Shown here: piece after piece, positions 9,845-18,861 of the stretch | How the letters are laid out: every line of letters starts with the position of its first letter | Position numbering within the stretch: position 1 is the stretch's first letter | Source of the DNA: a virus | Lineage: Duplodnaviria > Caudoviricetes | DNA length: 64,000 nt | Virus record (IMG/VR): IMGVR_UViG_3300032236_000195 | Span: 647 to 64,646 of that record | Strand: one strand, 5' to 3' | Translations under genes and position numbers: made by a program | Notes under the pieces: generated by a model | Databases searched by the model: none | Seen by the model: the letters and a program-made list of their open reading frames with translations, nothing else | What the model was told of the DNA's origin: nothing

Positions 9845-10654
9845 ATGGCAACCGGCTGGGGATACAGCACTTGGAGTTCTGGCATATGGGGCGGTGGCAC
9901 ACCCTTTGCGGATAGTGTCACTGAAACAATGGCAACCTCAACTCTTGAGGATGCCTCTGTAAATTTTCCGGGATCTGTAACTGACAGCCTAGCCATATCA
10001 ACATCTGAAACTGTTGACGCAACATTTGTTTTTGCAATAACAGAACCAATAGGAACGATAAGCACAACAGAAGCAATTAGGATTGACTTTGCTACGCAAC
10101 TAACGGAGTCAATTGCAATAACCACTTCTGAAACGGCAATAACTTCTTATAAAGTTTCTTTCGCAGATTTAATTAATATTGCAGAAACAAACATTGTAAA
10201 TGCGACATTTGCTTTTTCTCTTGTTGAACTTTCAGTAATAAACAATTCGCAAGATGCTGCGTATGGTTTGTCAATAACCGAAACAATGGCAACCAGCACA
10301 ATCGAAGTTGTTGGCACTTATTTTAACGCAGATAGAACTGAAACAATAACAACCGCAACAATAGAAGCGGCTCTTACCAATTACACTCCCTCGTTACTAG
10401 AGACTATCTTTACAAGTACAACGGAAACCGTAGACGCTACATTTGCATTTTCTTTTGTAGAATCCGCAGCGATAGCAGAACAACAAACTGTCCTTACATC
10501 GTATACTGCAACCGTAAGCGACTCTGTTGGTACGGCAACCACGCAAACAGTCAGGTATCTCTGGGAACCGATTGACGATACTCAAACACCAAATTGGCAA
10601 TTAATTAATACTACAATTGATGCTTCTTGGGCACCAGTAGTTAACGTACCGTAA
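9845..10654 (+). CDS. Thr/Glu repeat structural (fibre shaft-like) protein
   Basis: GW...W..GIWGG N-terminus, recurring ..TETMATST.E / ETVDATF repeats, W..I C-terminus. Confidence 0.6.
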   Translation: MATGWGYSTWSSGIWGGGTPFADSVTETMATSTLEDASVNFPGSVTDSLAISTSETVDATFVFAITEPIGTISTTEAIRIDFATQLTESIAITTSETAITSYKVSFADLINIAETNIVNATFAFSLVELSVINNSQDAAYGLSITETMATSTIEVVGTYFNADRTETITTATIEAALTNYTPSLLETIFTSTTETVDATFAFSFVESAAIAEQQTVLTSYTATVSDSVGTATTQTVRYLWEPIDDTQTPNWQLINTTIDASWAPVVNVP

Positions 10655-10663
10655 AGGACTGAC

Positions 10664-11440
10664 ATGGCAACCTCATATACTACGCTTCTAGGGCTTGCCC
10701 TCCCTGCCACGGGGGAGTTGTCAGGTACTTGGGGTGATACTGTAAACAACTATATTTCAACGTACCTTGACTCTGCTATCGCAGGTGCATTGACGCTTAC
10801 GGCTGATACGACGCTTACTAAGCAAACTGGCGCAAGTCTTAATTCTACGTCATCTCAGTACGCGATTATTATCGCTTCTCCCGCTAGTGCTGCAATTACC
10901 ATCACGGCACCGGCAGCGAGCAAAATATACGTAGTTAACAATACGTCAGGGACGTATTCAGTCACATTCAAAGCATCAGGGCAAAGTGGTGTATCAATTC
11001 AAATCAACGAAAAGTGCGTACTAGCTTTTAATGGTACGGACTTTGTAAAAATTGCTTCAACAGTTGCTTCCGGTTCGTTGGCAAACTGTACTGTTGATGG
11101 TACTAACGCGGTTGGTTACTTAAACATTCCGCAAAATGCCCAAACTGGTAACTATACAACTGTACTGAGCGACGCTGGCAAACATATCTATCATGCGTCC
11201 GGCGCTGGCGCTGCAACCTACACAATTGCAGCCAATTCTTCCGTGGCGTACTCAATTGGTACTGTTATCTCATTTGTAAATCTATCTACTACGTCAATTA
11301 GTATTGCTATTACTTCAGATACACTATATTTAGGTAATCTTGGAACAACAGGAACTCGGACGTTAGCGCAATACGGTGTAGCTAATGCACTCAAAGTTAC
11401 TAGCACCGCTTGGATTATCACAGGGACTGCACTGACATGA
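10664..11440 (+). CDS. Tail fibre-related protein
   Basis: LGLALPATGELSGTWG N-terminus, GY.NIPQN..YT..L.DAGKHI...W.I.G C-terminus. Confidence 0.6.
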   Translation: MATSYTTLLGLALPATGELSGTWGDTVNNYISTYLDSAIAGALTLTADTTLTKQTGASLNSTSSQYAIIIASPASAAITITAPAASKIYVVNNTSGTYSVTFKASGQSGVSIQINEKCVLAFNGTDFVKIASTVASGSLANCTVDGTNAVGYLNIPQNAQTGNYTTVLSDAGKHIYHASGAGAATYTIAANSSVAYSIGTVISFVNLSTTSISIAITSDTLYLGNLGTTGTRTLAQYGVANALKVTSTAWIITGTALT

Positions 11441-13494
11441 GTGGTGTTCTTAATAATTATGTGGGTGGGAGTTATGGCGCAAAGCCTGATGCTCCTACGA
11501 TTGGTACAGCTACTGTAACTGGGACAACAACCGCTACAGTTTCTTACACAGCCCCAGCTTTCAATGGTGGCGTTGCAATTACCAGCTATACCGCTACATC
11601 GAGTCCGGGTGGAATTACGGGTACGTTAAGTCAAGCTGGTTCTGGTACTATTTCTATTTCTGGGCTTACCTCCAATACTGCGTATACGTTTACTGTTACT
11701 GCGACAAACTCAGTTGGTACTAGCGCAGCAAGTGCTGCAAGTAATAGTATCACCACATATATCGCCCCAGTAAATACAGTTGCCCCTGTAGTTTCGGGAA
11801 CTGCAACTGTTGGACAAACTCTTTCTTGCTCGATTGGTACGTGGACTGCAAACCCAGCAGCAACTTACACATATCAATGGCAACGCAATGGTTCTAATAT
11901 TGGTGGGGCAACTAGCGGTACATACGTACTTGTTTCGGCGGATGCGGGCAACCCAATTCGTTGCGTAGTAACAGCTACTAATACTGCTGGAAGTACTCCG
12001 GCAAACTCCAATGCTACTGCAAACGTCGCAGCAATTGTTCCAACTGCTCCTACAATTGGTACGGCAACTGCAACGGGGGCAACTTCTTCTACAGTTTCTT
12101 ATACAGCATCGTCAGATAACGGTGGGGCAACAATCACTAGCTACACTGCTACATCTAGTCCCGGAGGTATTACTGGTTCTCTGAGTACATCTGGTTCCGG
12201 TACGATTACCGTTTCTGGTTTGACTCGCGCTACTTCCTATACGTTTACGGTTAAAGCTAATAACTCCGTGGGCGCAAGTGCAGCAAGTAGTGCCAGTAAT
12301 AGTGTTACAACGTCTGCACTGGTTCCAAACGCTCCAACAATTGGGACTGCAACTGCCACTGGGTCTACTACTGCTACAGTAGCTTATACGGCACCAGCGG
12401 ATAATGGCGGCGCAACTATTACGTCTTACACGGCTACCTCTAGTCCCGGCGGAATTACGGGTACTTTAAGCACTTCCGGTTCTGGAACAATTTCTGTTTC
12501 CGGTTTGACGCCAAGCACTTCATATACATTTACAGTCAAAGCTACCAACTCTGTTGGTCAAAGCGCGGCAAGTGGAGCTAGTAACAGTATCACCACTAGC
12601 GCGGCTAGAGGGTCCAATTTCTATTGTACTCCGGGAACATATTGTTACATCATCCCAGCCGGAGTGACATCTATAACCGTTGCGGTTATGTCGGGTGGCG
12701 GCGGAGGCGGTGGTGGCGGCACATCATCTAAAGGAGGTGGAGGCGGTAGCGGCGGAGCGTTTGGGTATTACAACAGCCTCACTGTTACTCCCGGTACAAC
12801 TTATAAATATAAAGTAGGCGGAGGGGGTTCTGCTGGCGCTATCAATTCAGATGGCGGTCGAAGCGGGGATAGTTATTTTAGGCTAACCAACATTGGGTGT
12901 GGACTTTGCGGAAACTCGTATATCCGAGCCGCTTGCGCCTCTCCGGGGGCATCTGGTCCCAATGGAGGCGGTGGCGGCGCTGCCGCTTCCCCTAATGCAA
13001 GTACCTCTGGAGGGGGTGTTTGCTCTGGTAATTTTGGTTACGGCTATGCTGGTAAAGGAGGCTGCTCTGGAGGTGGTAACCTTGCAGGCGGCGGAGGCGG
13101 TGCTGCTGGCATGAGTTGTCCGGGTGGTAGCGGCGCAAGCTGCGGCGGACGAGGTGGAACTTATCCTACCAATGGCGCTGCTGGCGTTGGAGGGGCTGGG
13201 GCAGGCGGCTCTGGAGGTTTTGGTGGAGGCGGAGGCGGCGGAACTTCCGGTGGCACGCTTGGTCGCGGGTCCAATGGCACTGCGCCTACTTGCCTTGGCC
13301 AAGGCGGCGGTGGCGGCAGCAGCGGTTCTAATGGTTCAAACGCCGCAGCTTGTGTGGGCGGGGCTGGTGGCGCATATGGTGGCGGCGGTGGCGGTGGTGC
13401 GGCTGGGAAAGCGGGGGGCGCTGGAGCGGTTGGTTATGTAAGGGTTGTATTCCCCGGTTCTACTCGCAAGTACCCAAATACGGATATTGTTTAA
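11437..13494 (+). CDS. Fibre/adhesin with three FN3 repeats, an Ig-like domain and a Gly/Cys-rich C-terminal domain
   Basis: Three P.APTIGTAT...YTA...NGG..ITSYTATSSPGGITG...YTFTV.A.NSVG repeats. Start reassigned to ATG 11437, which overlaps the upstream stop. Confidence 0.75.
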   Translation: MSGVLNNYVGGSYGAKPDAPTIGTATVTGTTTATVSYTAPAFNGGVAITSYTATSSPGGITGTLSQAGSGTISISGLTSNTAYTFTVTATNSVGTSAASAASNSITTYIAPVNTVAPVVSGTATVGQTLSCSIGTWTANPAATYTYQWQRNGSNIGGATSGTYVLVSADAGNPIRCVVTATNTAGSTPANSNATANVAAIVPTAPTIGTATATGATSSTVSYTASSDNGGATITSYTATSSPGGITGSLSTSGSGTITVSGLTRATSYTFTVKANNSVGASAASSASNSVTTSALVPNAPTIGTATATGSTTATVAYTAPADNGGATITSYTATSSPGGITGTLSTSGSGTISVSGLTPSTSYTFTVKATNSVGQSAASGASNSITTSAARGSNFYCTPGTYCYIIPAGVTSITVAVMSGGGGGGGGGTSSKGGGGGSGGAFGYYNSLTVTPGTTYKYKVGGGGSAGAINSDGGRSGDSYFRLTNIGCGLCGNSYIRAACASPGASGPNGGGGGAAASPNASTSGGGVCSGNFGYGYAGKGGCSGGGNLAGGGGGAAGMSCPGGSGASCGGRGGTYPTNGAAGVGGAGAGGSGGFGGGGGGGTSGGTLGRGSNGTAPTCLGQGGGGGSSGSNGSNAAACVGGAGGAYGGGGGGGAAGKAGGAGAVGYVRVVFPGSTRKYPNTDIV

Positions 13495-13495
13495 A

Positions 13496-13963
13496 ATGAA
13501 ATTGTTTATCAAAGTGATTGACGGACAAACTGTTGGCAACCCTCTTTTTGAAGAAAATTTAATGGCCGCATTCCCTGATGGGGTGCCTGAAATTTATGAG
13601 CCGTTTGAAAGAGTTCAGCCAAACATTGTTCATAGCGTTTTCCAATACCTTGTTGGGGTTTATGTGAAAAACACAAACAACATATGGACTGATGAATGGT
13701 CTGTTGTTGAAAAAAGCGATGAAGAAAAAGAACTAATAACACAACAAATTAAAGACTATGTTGTTTTAAACGTAAATGCGCGAAAATCAGACGCGATCAG
13801 TAAAATCAAAGAATTAAATGACCTTTCTGATACTGAAGGAGTTCGGCTTTGGTCTGATTATTTGGAAAAGCTGAATAACTGGAATTTGATATCTATTGAG
13901 CCGGTGACGCCTAGTATTCCGTTGCCTCCGTACAAAAATGAAAATGAAATTTGGGAGGTTTAA
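13496..13963 (+). CDS. Putative tail fibre assembly/chaperone protein
   Basis: Directly follows the fibre gene; W...W.V..K..EE...W..Y...L pattern. Start reassigned to ATG 13496. Confidence 0.5.
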   Translation: MKLFIKVIDGQTVGNPLFEENLMAAFPDGVPEIYEPFERVQPNIVHSVFQYLVGVYVKNTNNIWTDEWSVVEKSDEEKELITQQIKDYVVLNVNARKSDAISKIKELNDLSDTEGVRLWSDYLEKLNNWNLISIEPVTPSIPLPPYKNENEIWEV

Positions 13964-14619
13964 AATTGAAACAGCCGGAAAGTCAGTTACAACATTTTTT
14001 TCATTTTCCATCAACGGTTTCAACCGTAGATGGTTTGAACTTTTTGGATGTGGTAACCACGGTTGCAAATGAAGAGCTTGAAAAAACCAAGCAACAACAA
14101 CCAGAGTTAAATGATATTTACCCTGTGCGAATGACAGGTAATTTTTTTGACGATTTGCGGGTGCGTGAATTTGCTGATTTTGTTGCGACCTCTGCATGGG
14201 AGGTTTTGACTTACCAAGGGTACGCGACCGAAAGCATGGGGATGTTTTTTACTGAAATGTGGGTGCAAGAGCACCACAAATATTCATTGATGGAACAACA
14301 CGTTCATGGTGCAGGTTCGCAAATGATTGGGTTTTATTTTTTGAACGCTCCGGAAAAGTGTTCAAACGCCGTTTTTCACGACCCAAGGCCGGGGAAAGTT
14401 CAAACAAACTTACCGGAAAGAGACTTTTCTCAAGCTACTGTTGGAAGCAATGCCATACATTTTGCTCCAAAACCGGGAATGTTATTGTTGGCTAACTCTT
14501 GGCTTCCTCATTCATTTTCACGGCACGCATCAGAAGAACCGTTGTTGTTTGTGCATTTTAACCTTGGAGTTCAGTTTCAACCGTATTGCCCACCACAACC
14601 GGCTGCTGAAATTGTATGA
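13951..14619 (+). CDS. 2OG-Fe(II) oxygenase-like protein (TIGR02466-like)
   Basis: W.QEH....EQHVH....GFYFL....FHDPRP....PKPG.LLL.NSWLPH....HFN motifs. Start codon uncertain. Confidence 0.75.
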   Translation: MGGLKLKQPESQLQHFFHFPSTVSTVDGLNFLDVVTTVANEELEKTKQQQPELNDIYPVRMTGNFFDDLRVREFADFVATSAWEVLTYQGYATESMGMFFTEMWVQEHHKYSLMEQHVHGAGSQMIGFYFLNAPEKCSNAVFHDPRPGKVQTNLPERDFSQATVGSNAIHFAPKPGMLLLANSWLPHSFSRHASEEPLLFVHFNLGVQFQPYCPPQPAAEIV

Positions 14620-14852
14620 ACAAATACCTCATCCGGTTTAACAAAAGCCGGGGGATGGATGGAAGGGGGACACCAGACCATGTATGGCGAGTGTTTGAGA
14701 ATGACAAGGAATATCTGTTCAAACACTTTAAGCTAGAAGTTCCTGCTGAGAGCGAGATGTCAGCGGGGCCTGATTGGAACATAGCCTGTCATGGGTACAT
14801 GACAATCGACCGCGAAACATCTACGGCAATCATTAAAAATGAACTGGGCTGA
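14616..14852 (+). CDS. Hypothetical protein
   Basis: 78 aa, coupled; KY.IRFNKSRG..GRG..DHVWRVFE motif. Confidence 0.55.
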   Translation: MNKYLIRFNKSRGMDGRGTPDHVWRVFENDKEYLFKHFKLEVPAESEMSAGPDWNIACHGYMTIDRETSTAIIKNELG

Positions 14853-14939
14853 CGCCGCAAAGTAATTTTCCTGTCTTGAACGGGTTGTAAGATTTGGTGG
14901 AGGGATATCCCCTTGCGCTGTTATTTTCAGGAGTTTGCC

Positions 14940-15152
14940 ATGAAGGATCTGATCATTGACGCGATTGACGGTTCGGAGCCGCTCGACGCGTTGAACGCTC
15001 TGTTCTCAGTTGCATTCGCTATTGCCATCGAACACGGCATCAGTGAATTTACTCTTAACTCACTTTTCTCTTCGCACATTGAATCTCAATTTGAGATTGT
15101 TACCGCTGCTATCGCAGAAGGTGAAAGCGAAGACGAACAGACCGAAGACTAA
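14940..15152 (+). CDS. Small acidic protein
   Basis: SD CAGGAG before ATG 14940; 70 aa, strongly acidic. Confidence 0.55.
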   Translation: MKDLIIDAIDGSEPLDALNALFSVAFAIAIEHGISEFTLNSLFSSHIESQFEIVTAAIAEGESEDEQTED

Positions 15153-15159
15153 GGTCTAG

Positions 15160-15185
15160 CCCCGGTGCGACCCACCGGGGTTTTA
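15160..15185 (+). terminator. Rho-independent terminator
   Basis: CCCCGGTG-CGACC-CACCGGGG followed by TTTTA. Confidence 0.65.
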
Positions 15186-15186
15186 T

Positions 15187-15627
15187 ATGCTATTTTGTGC
15201 TGTTTGCCGTGGAGAGTTTCTCCGCGAAGACCTTATTGCTCATGGGCGTAAGGACTACTTTCTCTGTAGCAAGTGCAAGTCAGACGTAAATCGTCTTGAC
15301 AGATTCGGGTTGTCTCCCACAGATTATGACTTCCTGTTGAAATTTCAGGGGTATAATTGCGCGATATGTGACAGGCCACTCCAGCTAAAGCAGTACAAGT
15401 TTGCGGTTGACCACTGCCATGACTCTGATGATGTTCGTGGGATCTTGTGTAAACGGTGCAATTCTGCACTAGGCATTTTTGAAGATAACCCGGATTTACT
15501 GATACGTGCTGCCGAATACTTGAACAATCCACCGGCTGTAGGTAGAGTTAAACGACATGACGGGCGCAAAAAAGTCACGTTTCTTCGAGACGAGTACGTA
15601 AGGATGTACGGCAATGGAGATAGTTGA
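15187..15627 (+). CDS. Recombination endonuclease VII-family nuclease
   Basis: Q..NCAIC....VDHCH....VRGILC..CN.ALG.F.D.P....AAEYL motif. Confidence 0.85.
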   Translation: MLFCAVCRGEFLREDLIAHGRKDYFLCSKCKSDVNRLDRFGLSPTDYDFLLKFQGYNCAICDRPLQLKQYKFAVDHCHDSDDVRGILCKRCNSALGIFEDNPDLLIRAAEYLNNPPAVGRVKRHDGRKKVTFLRDEYVRMYGNGDS

Positions 15628-15778
15628 CTTGTTTCTAAAAGCTTGGCCGGTGATGCTAGGTATCGTAACGCTCATCATTGTGTTGTCCAAACTTGACTTG
15701 CGGGTAGCCGTACTTGAAGAAAAAGTAAAGTCGGCGTTTGAACTCATCAACAAGATGAAGGACAAACAAAATGGCTGA
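15614..15778 (+). CDS. Small TM protein in lysis cassette (not in ORF track)
   Basis: 54 aa MEIVDLFLKAWPVMLGIVTLIIVLSKLDLRVAVLEEKVK..., overlaps both neighbours. Confidence 0.55.
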   Translation: MEIVDLFLKAWPVMLGIVTLIIVLSKLDLRVAVLEEKVKSAFELINKMKDKQNG

Positions 15779-16280
15779 CTTTAATCCAGCGTTTGAGAAG
15801 ATGATCCATGATGAAGGTGGATTTAAATTGACCGATATTCCGGGCGACCGGGGAGGTATGACTTATGCAGGAATCGCAAGAAAACCAAACCCCCAGTGGG
15901 CAGGATGGGCTTTCGTTGACAAAGAGGATTGGGGATCGGCTACGCCGCTGGTTCGTGAGTTTTATAAAACTAACTTCTGGGACCGCATCCGAGGTGACGA
16001 TCTTACAATCCAGCCTATTGCAGAAACGATATTCAATTTCAGCGTTAACACGGGAATTGGCGTCGCGGTCAAACTCGCCCAACTCATCGTCGGAGTCACC
16101 CCAGACGGTGCCATCGGACAAAAAACCGTCGAACGGCTAAACATTTGTACGGCAGAAAACTTCCTACCTTCCTACGCTTTGGCAAAAATTAGCCGCTACG
16201 CCCAAATTTGCAACAAAGACCGGTCGCAGTCTAAATTTTTGTTAGGCTGGATAAACCGTACACTGGCTGGACTCAAGTAA
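15771..16280 (+). CDS. Endolysin, glycoside hydrolase family 108
   Basis: EGG....PGDRGG.T.AGI catalytic motif, FY...FWD, DG.IG.KT, C-terminal KFL.GW.NR. Confidence 0.88.
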   Translation: MADFNPAFEKMIHDEGGFKLTDIPGDRGGMTYAGIARKPNPQWAGWAFVDKEDWGSATPLVREFYKTNFWDRIRGDDLTIQPIAETIFNFSVNTGIGVAVKLAQLIVGVTPDGAIGQKTVERLNICTAENFLPSYALAKISRYAQICNKDRSQSKFLLGWINRTLAGLK

Positions 16281-16717
16281 TGGATTTACTGGGAATTGGG
16301 AGCATCATTGAGGGCGTGGGTAAGGTTGCCGGTGACCTCATTACCACCGATAAAGAGAAACTCCAGATGGCGCTGGAGGATCGGAAACTGGACTTGGAAG
16401 AAAAGAAAATCGACCAAGCCACCGATCTCGCGCAGGTGGATATCAATAAAATCGAAGCAGCAAATCCTAGCGTATTTGTCTCTGGTTGGCGTCCTGCTGT
16501 GGGTTGGGTTGGGGTTATTGGCCTCGCTTATCAATTCCTCGGCTACCCCCTGATGCAATGGATATGGGCTTTTGGTCAAGGATATGACATAATCCCCAAA
16601 GGATTGAACCCTCCCCCGGATCTGGAGACTGACCAGTTGATGACTTTGCTCGCTGGTCTCCTTGGTTTTGGCGGTATGCGAAGCTTCGAGAAGCATAAGG
16701 GCGTTGCGAGTCAATAA
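16280..16717 (+). CDS. Holin (GTA 3TM holin-like)
   Basis: INK.EA....FV.GWRP.VGW...LLG.GG.RSFEK motif, adjacent to endolysin. Confidence 0.8.
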   Translation: MDLLGIGSIIEGVGKVAGDLITTDKEKLQMALEDRKLDLEEKKIDQATDLAQVDINKIEAANPSVFVSGWRPAVGWVGVIGLAYQFLGYPLMQWIWAFGQGYDIIPKGLNPPPDLETDQLMTLLAGLLGFGGMRSFEKHKGVASQ

Positions 16718-18861
16718 TGCCACTCAAAAAACTTGTATTTAAGTCGGGGGTTAACCGGGAAAATACTCGCTATACAAACGAGGGCGGCTACTACGAGTGT
16801 GACAAAATCCGGTTTCGCCAAGGTACGCCTGAGAAAATCGGCGGTTGGTTGCAGATTTCGTCTGCCACCTTTTTAGGAGTATGCCGTTCTCTTTGGTCTT
16901 GGGTAACCCTTGGTGCTCAGACTTTGCTGGGCGTCGGCACAAACCTGAAGTTCTACATTGAGAACGGTGGCACGTATTACGACATCACCCCCATCAGGCA
17001 AACAAACACCCTGACCAACCCGTTTGCTACGTCTACTGCTAGTAACTCTGGCGGCAACACGACGGTAACGATCACTGATGCAAACCATGGAGCAACAAAC
17101 GGCTCCTACATAACTATCTACTACCCCGGCGCTGCGCCCACAGTGGGTGGAGTAACTATTGCTCTCGGCCAGTATGTAATTACGTATTTGAGTTCTACTA
17201 CCTATAGCATCACTCTTGCTGGTACTGCATCGTCTAGCACTACTGGTGGCGGTACGGTCTACATTTCGTATCAAACCAACGTCGGCCCAGAATACGCAGT
17301 GCCTCTTGTGGGATGGGGCGCTAGTTCATGGGGTACGCCTCCAACATATTCTCCACCTTCTATTGTAGGTACATGGGGGTACGGCGGTACTTCGTCAGGC
17401 ATTCCATTGCAGATTTGGAACCAGATGAACTATGGACAAAATCTGATTTATGCCCCACGTGGATCGCCGCTTTATTATTGGGACGCCAATACCGGCTATC
17501 AAAATATTAACTTCACTGTCACTATTGCTAGCCCCGCTGTTTTTACTTTGGGTTACGCACTTACTGCTGGAACCGCAGTAACTTTGACGACTGATGGCTA
17601 TTTACCTACCGGATTAATTCCGGGAACGGTTTATTACGTTCTTAATCCAAGTGGGTCCACATGTAATTTGTCTGCTACCTATAATGGTACGGCAATTACC
17701 ACTACTGGGACACAATCTGGTACTCACAAAATCGCTTCACGTGGTTATCCGATTTCCAGTATCGCTGGATCAGATGGTTATGCCCCGTTATATCAAAACG
17801 CGTTTACTGTTTCAGACATTAATCAATTTACGATTGTCTTTGGTACAAATAGTATTGGGTCAACTACACTAGACCCGATGCAGATTCGTTGGTCAGATAA
17901 ACAATCTTTGACCACTTGGTATCCTCAGCTCACAAACCAAGCAGGTGATACTCGGTTGTCACACGGGTCTAAGATCATTACAGTCATGCAGAACCGGCAA
18001 GAGATTGTGATATGGACAGATTCGTCTGTATATTCTATGCAGTACGTTGGGCCACCTCTTGTTTGGCCTGTGCAACTTATTGGCGATAACATATCTATTG
18101 TTGGGGCAAACGCCACCGCTATCGCGTCCGGGGTTGTTTTCTGGATGGGGTACGATAAGTTTTACAAATACGATGGTCGGATACAAACCCTTAGCTGCGA
18201 CCTTCGTCAATATGTTTTTAATGACATAAACACGTCGCAGTACGACCAAATTTACGCCAGCACAAACGAAGGCTTTAATGAGGTCTGGTGGTTCTATTGT
18301 TCTGGTACTAGCAATGTCATTGATAAATACGTCATCTATAACTATCTAGAGAACGTCTGGTACTACGGCACGATGGGTCGCACAGCGTGGCTTGATAGCG
18401 GTTTGAACAATTATCCAATCGCTGCTACCTACTCTAAAAATCTAGTGTGGCATGAGAATGGTGTAGATGATTGCACCGATTCCCTGACTGGCGTAGCAAT
18501 TGACTCTTACATTATTTCGTCAGAGTTTGATATCGACGACGGCCACAATTTTGGGTTTGTGTGGCGTATGGTCCCAGACATAAAATTTGTCGGATCTTCT
18601 GCTTCAGCGCCTCAAGTTACTATGAGTCTGTACCCTCTGCAAAACTCAGGGTCTGGGTACAATGACCCGTTGTCTGAAGGCGGTAATGCCTATGCTACGG
18701 TCACACGCACGGCTCAATATCCAATAGAAAAATTCACAGGTCAAATCTATACGCGTGTGCGTGGACGCCAGATGGCATTCAAGATTGAAGGCTACCAACT
18801 CGGTCTTCAATGGCAGCTTGGCTCTCCTCGAATCGACATCCGCAATGACGGGCGGCGTTGA
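16717..18861 (+). CDS. Tail nozzle / tail tubular protein B-like
   Basis: 714 aa; KIRFRQG.PEKIGGW start, IRWSD, WWFY, R.RGRQ...DGRR end, with inserted beta-modules. Confidence 0.7.
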   Translation: MPLKKLVFKSGVNRENTRYTNEGGYYECDKIRFRQGTPEKIGGWLQISSATFLGVCRSLWSWVTLGAQTLLGVGTNLKFYIENGGTYYDITPIRQTNTLTNPFATSTASNSGGNTTVTITDANHGATNGSYITIYYPGAAPTVGGVTIALGQYVITYLSSTTYSITLAGTASSSTTGGGTVYISYQTNVGPEYAVPLVGWGASSWGTPPTYSPPSIVGTWGYGGTSSGIPLQIWNQMNYGQNLIYAPRGSPLYYWDANTGYQNINFTVTIASPAVFTLGYALTAGTAVTLTTDGYLPTGLIPGTVYYVLNPSGSTCNLSATYNGTAITTTGTQSGTHKIASRGYPISSIAGSDGYAPLYQNAFTVSDINQFTIVFGTNSIGSTTLDPMQIRWSDKQSLTTWYPQLTNQAGDTRLSHGSKIITVMQNRQEIVIWTDSSVYSMQYVGPPLVWPVQLIGDNISIVGANATAIASGVVFWMGYDKFYKYDGRIQTLSCDLRQYVFNDINTSQYDQIYASTNEGFNEVWWFYCSGTSNVIDKYVIYNYLENVWYYGTMGRTAWLDSGLNNYPIAATYSKNLVWHENGVDDCTDSLTGVAIDSYIISSEFDIDDGHNFGFVWRMVPDIKFVGSSASAPQVTMSLYPLQNSGSGYNDPLSEGGNAYATVTRTAQYPIEKFTGQIYTRVRGRQMAFKIEGYQLGLQWQLGSPRIDIRNDGRR

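Noticed and set aside
11480-12600. Diversity-generating retroelement template/variable repeats
   Set aside because: The repeats are in-frame FN3 domain duplications with mostly synonymous differences, and there is no reverse transcriptase.
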